NCBI GenBank assembly: GCA_019358915.1
Contig: JAHHIM010000065.1
Coordinates: 192,001 to 256,000, forward strand
From: Trichormus sp. ATA11-4-KO1
Lineage (GTDB): Bacteria; Cyanobacteriota; Cyanobacteriia; Cyanobacteriales; Nostocaceae
Direction of reading: 5' to 3'
Length of the DNA: 64,000 nucleotides
Shown here: piece after piece, positions 33,467-42,966 of the stretch
Numbering within the stretch: the first letter of the stretch is position 1
Layout of the letters: each line of letters opens with the position of its first letter
The notes under the pieces: generated by a model
Told to the model about the DNA's origin: nothing
Seen by the model: only the letters and a program-made list of their open reading frames with translations
Databases searched by the model: none
Made by a program: the position numbers and the translations under genes

Positions 33467-34011
33467 TGCAAGCAAAAATGATGAACTGGCTACCTTTGAA
33501 CCCCAAGTTGCAAAAACTCCGCGCCAAACTCCTTAATGACCCCTACTATCGACTACAGTCTGGGGAAGAAATTCAGCTAGCTGCAAAACTGGGTATCCGC
33601 ATTGATGCTAATCAAGCGACTGTAGACGATTGGTTACGTCTTCCTGGGTTGTCAATTCACCAAGCGCGATCGCTTGTGGAACTTTCACGCTCTGGTGTTA
33701 AATTTTACTGTATTGAAGATATCGCTGCGGCTTTAGCTATGCCAGCACAGCGACTAGAACCATTAAAGGCTTTGCTAAGTTTTATTTACTATGACAATGA
33801 ATCTCTAGACCATCCTACACAGTTAGTTAACCCGAACACAGCCACAGTGGAACAGTTAGCAAAAATTCCCTTTATAGATGCGTCTCTAGCCGAAGCAGTA
33901 GTGCAAAATCGACTATCAGCTGGGTCTTATCGTAACTTAGCCGATTTCCAATGCAGATTGGATATATCTGGTGAAGCGATCACCCAGCTGATGTATTTTC
34001 TCCGATTTTAG
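33463..34011 (+). CDS. ComEA-like helix-hairpin-helix protein
   Basis: IDANQAT..WLRLPG and VNPNTAT..LAKIP HhH motifs. Confidence 0.85.
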   Translation: MMQAKMMNWLPLNPKLQKLRAKLLNDPYYRLQSGEEIQLAAKLGIRIDANQATVDDWLRLPGLSIHQARSLVELSRSGVKFYCIEDIAAALAMPAQRLEPLKALLSFIYYDNESLDHPTQLVNPNTATVEQLAKIPFIDASLAEAVVQNRLSAGSYRNLADFQCRLDISGEAITQLMYFLRF

Positions 34012-34014
34012 CTT

Positions 34015-34593
34015 CTAGCCTTGAATAAACCCAATCCTGTCGGGAGGCCAAAAGCGAAATGTTGCCCGACCAATGATATTTTGTCTAGGTAAAAATCCCC
34101 AGTAGCGAGAATCGTTACTATCGTTGCGGTTGTCTCCCATGACAAAGAACTCACCTTCGGGAACTTGTACGGCTGGGAATGGCTGACTTGGGGGTTCAGC
34201 GATGTAGTCTTCCGCTAATGGTTGACCGTCGAGGTAAACTGTACCGTTAGTCACTTTGAGTATTTTTCCAGGGACACCAATCACCCGCTTAATAAAAGCT
34301 TGGTCTTGAGGATATCCCCGACGTTGTAATTCTTCAGGTGGCTGAAAAACGATAATATCCCCAATTGCGGGAGGGTGAAAACGGTAAGAGACTTTTTCTA
34401 CCACCAAGCGATCGCCTGTGTGTAGTGTAGGTAACATGGAATCTGATGGAATGTAGCGAGGTTCAGCAATAAAAGTCCTGATGAGGAGTGCCAAACATAA
34501 GGCGATCGCAATGAGTGTAAGATTTTCTTGCCAACTACTCCATCCTTTAGATGACGTAGCAGCTTGTTTGGCATCACTTTCGTGAGGATTCAT
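34015..34593 (-). CDS. lepB: signal peptidase I
   Basis: IPSDSMLPTL, FIKRVIG and GDNRNDSNDSRYWG. Confidence 0.95.
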   Translation of the reverse strand: MNPHESDAKQAATSSKGWSSWQENLTLIAIALCLALLIRTFIAEPRYIPSDSMLPTLHTGDRLVVEKVSYRFHPPAIGDIIVFQPPEELQRRGYPQDQAFIKRVIGVPGKILKVTNGTVYLDGQPLAEDYIAEPPSQPFPAVQVPEGEFFVMGDNRNDSNDSRYWGFLPRQNIIGRATFRFWPPDRIGFIQG

Positions 34594-34873
34594 AAAAATT
34601 TTCAGCCAGTTCAAAAAGTGGAACGCATACCTTGATTATTTTGACGCTAAAGGTATGCTTTTGGCACTCTCACCCTTTGAGTGGGTGAATATTCTCAAGT
34701 TTTCCTACTTTTGAGAATACCAGAAATCATCTGTTTTAATAAATTTTCATTTTTCTTGTGTGAAAGTGTCTGTTAATTATTAACTTTAGTAGTTATCGGG
34801 GAAATATGAAAAGGAAAAAGTTAGCCGTATAAATGAATTAAAATAAAAATCAAATAAATTCAGATAACCTCTC

Positions 34874-35095
34874 ATGACATTACAAGAATTGCAAAAACAA
34901 GTACTGCAATTACCAACAAGTCAACGCTGGCAATTAGTACATACTCTGTTAGAATCACTACAACAAGAAATTCAACCAGTATCAAAAAAAAGGAACTTGT
35001 CTCGACTGCGTGGTATTGCTAAAGATGCCAATATATCCAATGATGAAAATATGACGGCAGATTATGTTACTTATTTGACAGAAAAATACCAGTAA
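34874..35095 (+). CDS. putative antitoxin of a PIN-toxin TA pair
   Basis: 73 aa (LQLPTSQRWQLV...YLTEKYQ); its stop overlaps the PIN start (TAATG). Confidence 0.65.
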   Translation: MTLQELQKQVLQLPTSQRWQLVHTLLESLQQEIQPVSKKRNLSRLRGIAKDANISNDENMTADYVTYLTEKYQ

Positions 35096-35280
35096 TGCAA
35101 GTTTTAATTGATACAAATGTCGTTCTTGATTTTTTACTTGAACGAGAGCCTTTTGTAGAAGATGCAGTCAAAATCTTTGCAAAAATTGATGCAGGTGCGA
35201 TTGAAGGGTTTATTACTGCCACTACAATTACTAATATTTATTACATCATTCGTAAAGCCGCCGATGCATTATTGGCATAA
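35095..35280 (+). pseudogene. truncated PIN (VapC-like) toxin
   Basis: VLIDTNVVLD...TITNIYYIIRK, only 61 aa; it ends at the sequence repeated downstream of clpC and lacks the C-terminal acidic residues. Confidence 0.8.
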
Positions 35281-35611
35281 AAAATCTCCCCAACACTAAG
35301 GGAGATAAAAATTAAAAATTTTTTAATAAAAAAACGGTAGAGAACCGAAATCCTCCACCGCTTATTTAATTTAAAAAATTCTAATTAAGATTCAGCACCT
35401 TGGGGCATTAATTCCCGACGCTGTTGAGAACTAACTTGGACAACGCCATTTTCATCAACATCAACTAAGGCTGTATCGCCGTCCTTGATGCGACCAGACA
35501 AAATTTCTTCTGCTAGGCTATCTTCTAACAAGCGCATAATTGCTCGACGTAATGGTCTAGCACCGTAGCTAGGACTGTAACCTTCCTCAATCAAACGATC
35601 TTTGAAGCGAT
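35270..35611. repeat. direct duplicate of the clpC 3' end, terminator and downstream DNA (second copy split as 36451-36484 + 37664-37979)
   Basis: Base-by-base match with two coding substitutions and a few intergenic differences. Confidence 0.95.
35385..35611 (-). pseudogene. clpC: orphan clpC 3' fragment
   Basis: The encoded peptide is identical to the ClpC C-terminus (...[16 protein letters not shown]...QGAES). Confidence 0.9.
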
Positions 35612-35842
35612 TCAGTTACTTAATTCCGCAGCTAGAAGCCTACCTTCAATTGGTTCATACTCATCTTCAAGTAACCATAACTTAGCAATATCGTAGCTAT
35701 TGCTAGAAAATACAACTTTATAACCCTGCGCTGGATCATAAATTTTACAGTTTTCTTGACCGTCACAAAGCAACAAAAGAATATATGGAGGCGATAACAT
35801 TGGATCTATCCATACTTCCGTAAATTCCCAGTTATTCTTCAC
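35612..35842 (-). CDS. small acidic hypothetical protein, putative antitoxin/immunity
   Basis: A GTG start at 35842 overlaps the upstream gene's end; 76 aa ([13 protein letters not shown]...[14 protein letters not shown]). Confidence 0.65.
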   Translation of the reverse strand: MKNNWEFTEVWIDPMLSPPYILLLLCDGQENCKIYDPAQGYKVVFSSNSYDIAKLWLLEDEYEPIEGRLLAAELSN

Positions 35843-36167
35843 TAGGTCTGGTGCGGGGGATGACGTGGTATTGGTTGTCTGCATTGATTTTTATCTCCCC
35901 ATAATAAAGTAGAATATGGCTACCATCTGGACTGATTCTATAACCTATTGGTTCATTAAAAAACATTCCGTAGCGTTCATAACCGCGAATGATTCCAGTG
36001 AACTGTCCATTTTCTATGGCTTGGGCAACTTGATTCATGGTAGTTTCATCGTTAAATACATGAGCTGCCAGTCCTCGTTTAAGAAGTCTTTGCATTTGAG
36101 GTGTACCAGCTATGTGCTTGGCAACTTGTCTAATATCAAGCATAATTTGACGATTTATTTCGCTCAT
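35832..36167 (-). CDS. small hypothetical protein, putative RNase toxin (Ntox50-like motifs)
   Basis: KHIAGT near the N-terminus, PIGY, and terminal YHVIPR; likely start MSEINR. Confidence 0.6.
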   Translation of the reverse strand: MSEINRQIMLDIRQVAKHIAGTPQMQRLLKRGLAAHVFNDETTMNQVAQAIENGQFTGIIRGYERYGMFFNEPIGYRISPDGSHILLYYGEIKINADNQYHVIPRTRPSEE

Positions 36168-36246
36168 TATTAAGTACCTACGCATAAATATTTAGACATT
36201 TTTCCACACGAATGAAATCGCTGTATTCCAATACTGTCACCTGTCA

Positions 36247-36274
36247 CCGTTCGGCTGACGCTCACGGCGAAGCC
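36247..36274 (+). repeat. small dispersed repeat CCGTTCGGCTGACGCTCACGGCGAAGCC (copy inside lysA at 41844; variant at 13406)
   Basis: Near-identical sequence at 36247 and 41844. Confidence 0.85.
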
Positions 36275-36476
36275 TGTCCCCTTTCCTAGCTAGGTAATTT
36301 ATTTTGCACGACTACTTAATATGTCTTGTATATTGTTGATATCACCAGCTTGCCTAGCTAGCTAATTCAGTCTGAATAGCAGAATACCGCCTTAAAGGTA
36401 CGGTTATTACTCTATTTAGAGGTAAAAAATTATTCTGTACACTGCCACCTTATTTGCATAAAACATCTCCCCAACA

Positions 36477-37663
36477 CTAAGGGATGGTGAATTCGCTGTT
36501 ATCAAGCGGGGTGGGGTCGATGAACCAGCCGATACCGTTGGCGTTGTGGTCGATGAGGATTGTGCCTCCGTTGGGGTGACCGAGGGGGTCGAATTGGGTT
36601 AGTTGAGCTTCTGCTAGTTGTCCGGTGGGGAGGTCGGTGATTTGGAAGGAGATGTTTAAGGTGGGGTCGAAAAGGGATGGCCACAGATCAGTAGCACTAT
36701 ATTTAAGATCGGAAAATAAGTTGGAGGTTAAATTATGGTTTGGAGAATTACTACTGATGAATTGTTGGCGCGTTATAAAGCTGGGGAGCTTAACTTTAAT
36801 GGGATTGAGTTGATTCGCATTGTTGGCGAAATGGGCGAAAGAGATGGGATCGATGGTCAGATTACTGGGCTTGAAGGTGCTGACTTGCGAGGTATTAGCC
36901 TGCGGGGAGCTAATCTTGAAGATGTCGATTTGAGTGGGGCTAATTTGACTGGATCTGATTTGTTCGGAGCTTATCTGGGTGGGGCTGGTTTGGTAAAAAC
37001 TATTCTCAGGGATGCTAACTTGTTCTCCGCCAACCTGAATCATGCCACTCTGACCGGAGGTGATTTGACCGGGGCTAATTTGAGCCATGTAAACGCGATT
37101 AGCACTGTTTTCATTGGTGCTAAAGTTGGACACTTTGAATACGCCGATTTGACTCAGGCTAATTTCCGAGATTCTACTGCTAATGCGTATGGTCTCTGTC
37201 GTAGTTTCAATCTGATCTGGCGTACTATTATGCCCGACGGTAGCATCGAAGAAGGTCCCTACTATAAATGGAGATAGTTCTTTTTCTGTTGCAGCCATTA
37301 AAGGGGCTGGTTCAATAATGTTAATTCTTGTTCTAATATCTGTAACATTGCGATTTTCAATTGCTTGTTGAATATCTGTAGGAATATTGGACAAAAAATT
37401 ATAGCCAGTTATATCTTCAAGTTGTTTAACATTAAATAGTCCAAATGTTTTTCCATTAAGTGTAAAGTTTTGTTCCCAATGCTCATCAGGGTCTTGCCCT
37501 TTACGATTTGCATCAAGGGTATTGGGTAAATAAATACCAACTTCCAAACACTTTCGGAGACACTGATTTTATTGTTAAGTAGAAGAGGATTGCCAGAACT
37601 ATCTATTGCTTGTCCCTCTCTTCCTGCAATGACATACAGTTCTTTATTATGCTTATTTCACGT
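36477..37663 (-). pseudogene. internal fragment of a large protein gene: C-terminal part of a DNA/RNA non-specific (NucA-like) endonuclease domain, a periodic linker, and the start of an LPTGQLAEA...GWFIDPTP domain
   Basis: NKELYVIAG...NKISVSESVWK in one frame (about 37654-37540), then GIYLPN...VKQLEDITGYNFLSNIPTDIQQAIE in the ORF frame; truncated at both ends. Confidence 0.75.
36735..37277 (+). CDS. pentapeptide repeat protein, nested antisense to the nuclease-fragment frame
   Basis: GGAGG at 36723-36727, 7 nt before ATG; typical ELLARYKAGE start, A(D/N)Lxx repeats and IMPDGS end. Confidence 0.88.
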   Translation: MVWRITTDELLARYKAGELNFNGIELIRIVGEMGERDGIDGQITGLEGADLRGISLRGANLEDVDLSGANLTGSDLFGAYLGGAGLVKTILRDANLFSANLNHATLTGGDLTGANLSHVNAISTVFIGAKVGHFEYADLTQANFRDSTANAYGLCRSFNLIWRTIMPDGSIEEGPYYKWR

Positions 37664-37693
37664 TAAGGGAGATAAAAATTAAAAATTTTTTAA

Positions 37694-37730
37694 TAAAAAA
37701 ACGGTAGAGAACCGAAATCCTCCACCGCTT
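37694..37730 (-). terminator. clpC intrinsic terminator (duplicated at about 35327-35363)
   Basis: Minus strand CGGTGGAGGA-TTTCGG-TTCTCTACCG followed by a T7 tract. Confidence 0.7.
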
Positions 37731-37752
37731 ATTTAATTTTTAAAAATCCTAA

Positions 37753-40224
37753 TTAAGATTCAGCACCTTGGGGCATTAATTCCCGACGCTGTTGAGAACT
37801 AACTTGGACAACGCCATTTTCATCAACATCAACTAAGGCTGTATCGCCGTCCTTGATGCGACCAGACAGAATTTCTTCTGCTAGGCTATCTTCTAACAAG
37901 CGCATAATCGCTCGACGTAATGGTCTAGCACCGTAGCTAGGACTGTAACCTTCCTCAATCAAACGATCTTTGAAGCGATCGCTCACTTCTAGGGTGATAC
38001 CTTTTTCTGTTAGGCGACCAAATACTTCCTTGAGCATGATCTCCGCAATTTGTGTCACCTCTGGCTTGCTCAACTGACGGAAGACGATAATTTCATCTAG
38101 ACGGTTGAGGAACTCTGGACGGAAGTATTGCTTCAGTTCTTCGTTCACCAAGGAGCGAATACGGTTGTATTGTGACTCGCTAGCATCGTCGGCGAATTCA
38201 AAGCCGATACCGCCGCCGCCTTTTTCAATTACCTTGGAACCAATGTTAGAAGTCAAAATCAGCAAGGTGTTCTTGAAGTCTACTGTGCGTCCTTTGGCAT
38301 CGGTTAAGCGACCGTCTTCCAAAATTTGCAGCAGCATGTTGAAGACATCGGGGTGAGCTTTTTCGATTTCATCGAATAGCACCACAGTATAAGGTCGCCG
38401 TCTGACAGCTTCAGTTAATTGACCGCCTTCGTTATATCCAACATAACCAGGAGGTGAACCAATCAACTTGCTGACGGTGTGGCGTTCCATGTATTCGGAC
38501 ATATCCAAACGGATCATTGCTTCTTCGGAACCGAAGAAGTATGAAGCCAAGGATTTCGCCAATTCTGTTTTACCTACGCCGGTCGGCCCGGAGAAGACAA
38601 AACTAGCAATAGGTCGATTGGGATTTTTCAACCCGACACGAGCGCGACGAATTGCTCGTGAAACTGCTTTGACTGCATCTTCTTGACCAATTAAGCGTTG
38701 ATGCAAGGTGTCTTCCATGTGCAGCAACTTCTCGGATTCTGATTCGGTGAGCTTGTTCACCGGTACACCAGTCCAGGAAGCGACGATGTGAGCAATGTCC
38801 TCTTCGTCTACTACAGGTTCTTCACCTTCATTGCCAGAAGCATTGGTTTTGCTTTGAGCGATCGCGCGAATTTCGGCTTTGATTTCCATCTCGCGATCAC
38901 GCAGTTCACCAGCTCTATCGAAGTCTTGGGAGCGTACAGCGTCGTCTTTTTCTTTTAAGATTTGCCGTAGTTCTTTGTCTAACTCTTTGGCTGCGGGTGG
39001 CAGTTGGGAGTTAATCAAACGTACCCGAGAACCAGCTTCATCGATTAAGTCGATGGCTTTGTCTGGGAGGTAGCGATCGCTTATGTAACGGTCAGATAAT
39101 TTTGCCGCCGCCACCAAGGCTTCGTCAGAAATTTTCAGCTTGTGGTGCTGCTCGTAGCGTTCGCGCAACCCGTGCAAGATTTCAATGGTTTCGTCAACTG
39201 ATGGTTCACCCACCATTACTGGCTGGAAGCGTCGCTCTAGGGCTGCATCTCGCTCGATGTGCTTGCGGTATTCATCCAGGGTTGTGGCGCCAATACACTG
39301 CAATTCGCCTCTAGCCAAAGCTGGCTTGAGGATATTTGCTGCGTCAATGGCTCCTTCAGCCGCACCTGCACCAATCAGGGTGTGTACCTCGTCAATTACC
39401 AGAATGACGTTACCCGCAGAGCGGATTTCATCCATGATTTTTTTGAGGCGTTCTTCAAATTCACCCCGGTACTTGGTTCCTGCTACCAGCAAACCAATAT
39501 CTAGTGTGACTACGCGTTTATCTTCCAGGATGTCGGGGACATCTTTGTTGGCAATGCGCGATGCTAGACCTTCGGCGATCGCTGTTTTACCAACCCCTGG
39601 TTCACCAATCAGCACTGGGTTATTTTTAGTCCGGCGACCCAAAATTTGGATCACCCGCTCAATTTCTTTGGCGCGTCCGACAACTGGGTCTAGCTTGTTG
39701 TCTGCTGCCATTTGGGTCAGGTTTGAGCCAAATTCATCCAAGGTTGGAGTTTTGGTGCGTCCCGATTGTCCAGTGGCTGAAACCTCTGCTGTTTCGCCCA
39801 GCATACGGATGACTTGGGTTCTGACTTTAGATAAATCCACCCCGAGGTTTTCTAGCACCCTGGCTGCTACACCTTCCCCTTCCCGGATCAGGCCCAACAG
39901 CAGATGCTCGGTGCCAATGTAGTTATGCCCTAATTGGCGCGCTTCTTCCAAGGATAGTTCTAAAACTCGCTTTGCCCGTGGCGTAAACGGAATTTCCACG
40001 GCCACAAAGCCCGAACCCCGGCCTATGATTTTTTCTACCTCAATGCGGGCATCTTTCAGATTGACACCCATTGATTTCAACACTTTGGCCGCGACTCCCG
40101 TACCTTCCCCAATCAGACCCAGGAGGATCTGTTCGGTTCCGACGAAGTTGTGACCTAAGCGGCGGGCCTCTTCTTGGGCCAGCATGATTACCTTAATGGC
40201 TTTTTCTGTGAAGCGTTCAAACAT
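37753..40224 (-). CDS. clpC: ATP-dependent Clp protease ATP-binding subunit ClpC
   Basis: [25 protein letters not shown]; two AAA+ modules ([16 protein letters not shown]). Confidence 0.98.
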   Translation of the reverse strand: MFERFTEKAIKVIMLAQEEARRLGHNFVGTEQILLGLIGEGTGVAAKVLKSMGVNLKDARIEVEKIIGRGSGFVAVEIPFTPRAKRVLELSLEEARQLGHNYIGTEHLLLGLIREGEGVAARVLENLGVDLSKVRTQVIRMLGETAEVSATGQSGRTKTPTLDEFGSNLTQMAADNKLDPVVGRAKEIERVIQILGRRTKNNPVLIGEPGVGKTAIAEGLASRIANKDVPDILEDKRVVTLDIGLLVAGTKYRGEFEERLKKIMDEIRSAGNVILVIDEVHTLIGAGAAEGAIDAANILKPALARGELQCIGATTLDEYRKHIERDAALERRFQPVMVGEPSVDETIEILHGLRERYEQHHKLKISDEALVAAAKLSDRYISDRYLPDKAIDLIDEAGSRVRLINSQLPPAAKELDKELRQILKEKDDAVRSQDFDRAGELRDREMEIKAEIRAIAQSKTNASGNEGEEPVVDEEDIAHIVASWTGVPVNKLTESESEKLLHMEDTLHQRLIGQEDAVKAVSRAIRRARVGLKNPNRPIASFVFSGPTGVGKTELAKSLASYFFGSEEAMIRLDMSEYMERHTVSKLIGSPPGYVGYNEGGQLTEAVRRRPYTVVLFDEIEKAHPDVFNMLLQILEDGRLTDAKGRTVDFKNTLLILTSNIGSKVIEKGGGGIGFEFADDASESQYNRIRSLVNEELKQYFRPEFLNRLDEIIVFRQLSKPEVTQIAEIMLKEVFGRLTEKGITLEVSDRFKDRLIEEGYSPSYGARPLRRAIMRLLEDSLAEEILSGRIKDGDTALVDVDENGVVQVSSQQRRELMPQGAES

Positions 40225-40668
40225 GGCATTTTTCCCATCACCTGCGTCGTGCCGGTATGCTGATTTTAGCACAGGCTCAGAGTTTGGATGCCTGTATAAA
40301 GATTATAGACATCCAATCATCATCGCCCAAGGTGATGGCGTAATTATTAACTTTTTATTACTTTTTGTGTGGCTGCTATACTGAGGAGCTTGAGTTTACC
40401 AGTGTTTCTGGGCTTGACTACATGCAACAGGCCACTATAGTTAGATACTTTTTAACCAGTCACAAATATTAATTATTAGCATAGTTATAATACTTTAGTC
40501 AAGATAAGAGTCAATTTATATCTTTTTTAAAAGCTAAAAGTTTTACTTATTAATTATTTTAATCAAATCAGTCGCTTTTCTGAGTGCTTCCTTCCTGAGT
40601 GCGCTTGCCCTGAACGAAGTCGAAGGGGAATGCTGAGTAAAAGCCAAAAATATAAACTTGACCAATGA

Positions 40669-41184
40669 CTAATGACTAATGAGCATTTGTAAATCTGGTA
40701 GCCAAAGTACAAGGGCATCTTCCCCGTTATCTTGGTAATAATGCCGACGTCGCCCTGCTGTTTTAAAGCCAAATTTTTGATATAAAGATATGGCTGCTAA
40801 ATTAGAAGCGCGGACTTCGAGAGTAGCTCGCTCCAAGCCGCGATCGCTAGCTGTCTTCAGCAAAAAATGTAGTAAAGCCTGTCCCAATCCTTGACGGTGA
40901 TATTGAGGATGAACCGCCAAAATTGTAATGTGTGCTTCTTCTAAAATTGACCAAAAGCAACCCATTGCCAACAGTTTTGGACTAGCGACAGGGGAAAATA
41001 TACCCAATAATTCACTGTTAGGACTATCTAACTCGCGTTGGTAACCCTCCAGAGTCCACAGACCACCAAAACAAGCTTGATCCAGTTCCAGTATGGCACT
41101 GAGATCCGCAAAAGTCAGTGATTTAAATTTTAAGTCGGATGAAATCACATTTATTTTGGATAAGATAACAAGGTCTTTGTACAC
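40669..41184 (-). CDS. rimI: ribosomal protein S18 alanine N-acetyltransferase
   Basis: EAHITILAVHP..RQGLG, TLEVRASN and YYQDNGEDA; start possibly GTG at 41148. Confidence 0.9.
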   Translation of the reverse strand: MYKDLVILSKINVISSDLKFKSLTFADLSAILELDQACFGGLWTLEGYQRELDSPNSELLGIFSPVASPKLLAMGCFWSILEEAHITILAVHPQYHRQGLGQALLHFLLKTASDRGLERATLEVRASNLAAISLYQKFGFKTAGRRRHYYQDNGEDALVLWLPDLQMLISH

Positions 41185-41242
41185 TGGGAATCAGGAGACT
41201 TACTCACACCCGTAATTTGAGCAAGGATAATTAATAATAGCT

Positions 41243-42754
41243 ATGGTATCGACTCACCCCACTGGGGTTCAACATGCTGGTAGCCAGTATTTACCTCAAA
41301 GGCGCAACACAAATGCCCAAGAAAATTGGAACTTTTCGCCTAACCAGGAACTTTTGCCTTTGACCGCCAAAGTTAACGATCAAGACATCCTGGAAATTGG
41401 TGGGTGTGATGTCACAACCCTAGTTCAGCAGTTTGGTTCACCTTTGTATATTTTAGATGAAGAAACCCTGCGAACAGCTTGTCAGCAATATCGAGATACA
41501 TTTAAGCAATATTACCAAGGTGAATCTCAGGTATTATATGCCTCCAAAGCCTGGAATTGTTTAGCTGTTTGCGCGATCGCGGCATCTGAAGGGTTAGGAA
41601 TAGATGTAGTATCGGGAGGCGAACTTTTCACGGCTCTCAGCGCTGGTGTTAGTCCTGATAAAATTTACCTCCACGGTAATAATAAATCTCATGAAGAGCT
41701 AGTTTTCGCAATTGAATCCGGTGTCACCATTGTGGTAGATAACTGGCAAGAATTGCGTATTTTGGTGAAGATAGCCGAGGAGCAAAAGAGTAGAGGAACA
41801 GAGGAGAAAGAAGAAATAGATTTTATTGCACCACTATCTACTCCCGTTCGGCTGACGCTCACGGCGAAAGCCCCCTCCCTACTCCCCATCCGCATCATGT
41901 TGCGGCTAACACCGGGGATTGAATGCCATACCCACGAATACATTCGCACGGGACATTTAGATAGTAAGTTTGGCTTTGATCCCAATGATTTGGATGAGGT
42001 TTTTATTTTTGTTAGTCAGCAACCTTGTTTAAACTGTGTGGGGTTACACGCTCATATTGGTTCCCAAATCTTTGAGCGCCAACCACATCAGGATTTGGCT
42101 GCTGTCATGGTGCAGTGGTTGCAGAAGTCGGCAAATTACGGTTTAACTGTCACGGAATTGAATGTTGGTGGTGGTTTAGGAATTAGGTACACCGAATCGG
42201 ATGATCCCCCCAGCATTGAAGAGTGGGTCAAGGCAATTTGTCAAGTTGTTCAAGAAGCCTGTGCCGCCGAAAATCTCCCTTTGCCAAAATTACTGTGTGA
42301 ACCGGGGCGATCGCTTATTGCCACAGCATGCATCACCGCCTATACTATTGGATCATCGAAAGTTGTACCAGGAATTCGTACCTACTTGTCCGTTGATGGC
42401 GGTATGTCCGATAATCCCCGTCCGATTACTTATCAGTCAGTTTATCGGGCAATAGTTGCCAACAGGGTATCTGCTCCTTTTACAGAAACAGTAACAATTG
42501 CTGGTAAGCATTGTGAATCCGGGGATATTCTCATCAAAAATGCCCAAGTGCCAAAAACTGCACCGGGGGATATTCTCGTGATTATGGGAACTGGTGGGTA
42601 CAATTACAGTATGGCATCTAACTATAACCGCTTACCCCGGCCAGCAGCCGTTGTAGTGGCAAATGGTGAAGCAAATTTGATTTTGCGCCGTGAAACTTAT
42701 CAGGACTTGATTCGGCAAGATTGTCTACCAGACAGACTAAACGCGCAAAAATGA
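41243..42754 (+). CDS. lysA: diaminopimelate decarboxylase
   Basis: YASKA PLP lysine, HIGSQ, EPGRS and HCESGD; repeat-derived in-frame insert. Confidence 0.96.
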   Translation: MVSTHPTGVQHAGSQYLPQRRNTNAQENWNFSPNQELLPLTAKVNDQDILEIGGCDVTTLVQQFGSPLYILDEETLRTACQQYRDTFKQYYQGESQVLYASKAWNCLAVCAIAASEGLGIDVVSGGELFTALSAGVSPDKIYLHGNNKSHEELVFAIESGVTIVVDNWQELRILVKIAEEQKSRGTEEKEEIDFIAPLSTPVRLTLTAKAPSLLPIRIMLRLTPGIECHTHEYIRTGHLDSKFGFDPNDLDEVFIFVSQQPCLNCVGLHAHIGSQIFERQPHQDLAAVMVQWLQKSANYGLTVTELNVGGGLGIRYTESDDPPSIEEWVKAICQVVQEACAAENLPLPKLLCEPGRSLIATACITAYTIGSSKVVPGIRTYLSVDGGMSDNPRPITYQSVYRAIVANRVSAPFTETVTIAGKHCESGDILIKNAQVPKTAPGDILVIMGTGGYNYSMASNYNRLPRPAAVVVANGEANLILRRETYQDLIRQDCLPDRLNAQK

Positions 42755-42966
42755 AGAGTGCTGAGTGCTGTAGACGCTTCTGCGGCTGACCGCAGGGTGG
42801 AACCAGTGACGTGTACGTAGGGGTCTCCCCCTCCGTAGGATGCGCGCAGCGCTGTAGTGGAGCATCTGGCGTTGCTGAGTGCTGAGTTAAGCGTTAACCT
42901 TTGATGCATAAACATGCCAGATTAATGACAAACTATTGAGGCAGAACAGAGAGTAATCCAGATGTC

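Noticed and set aside
35270..37979. clpC duplication as a DGR template/variable repeat pair or as prophage att sites
   Set aside because: Only two synonymous coding differences, and no reverse transcriptase, integrase or phage genes in the window.
39185..39922. 245-aa + strand ORF antisense to clpC (also 38105, 38468, 38879)
   Set aside because: Shadow ORFs of a conserved, codon-biased gene. They have no recognisable domain or RBS, unlike the 36735 case where both strands show family motifs.
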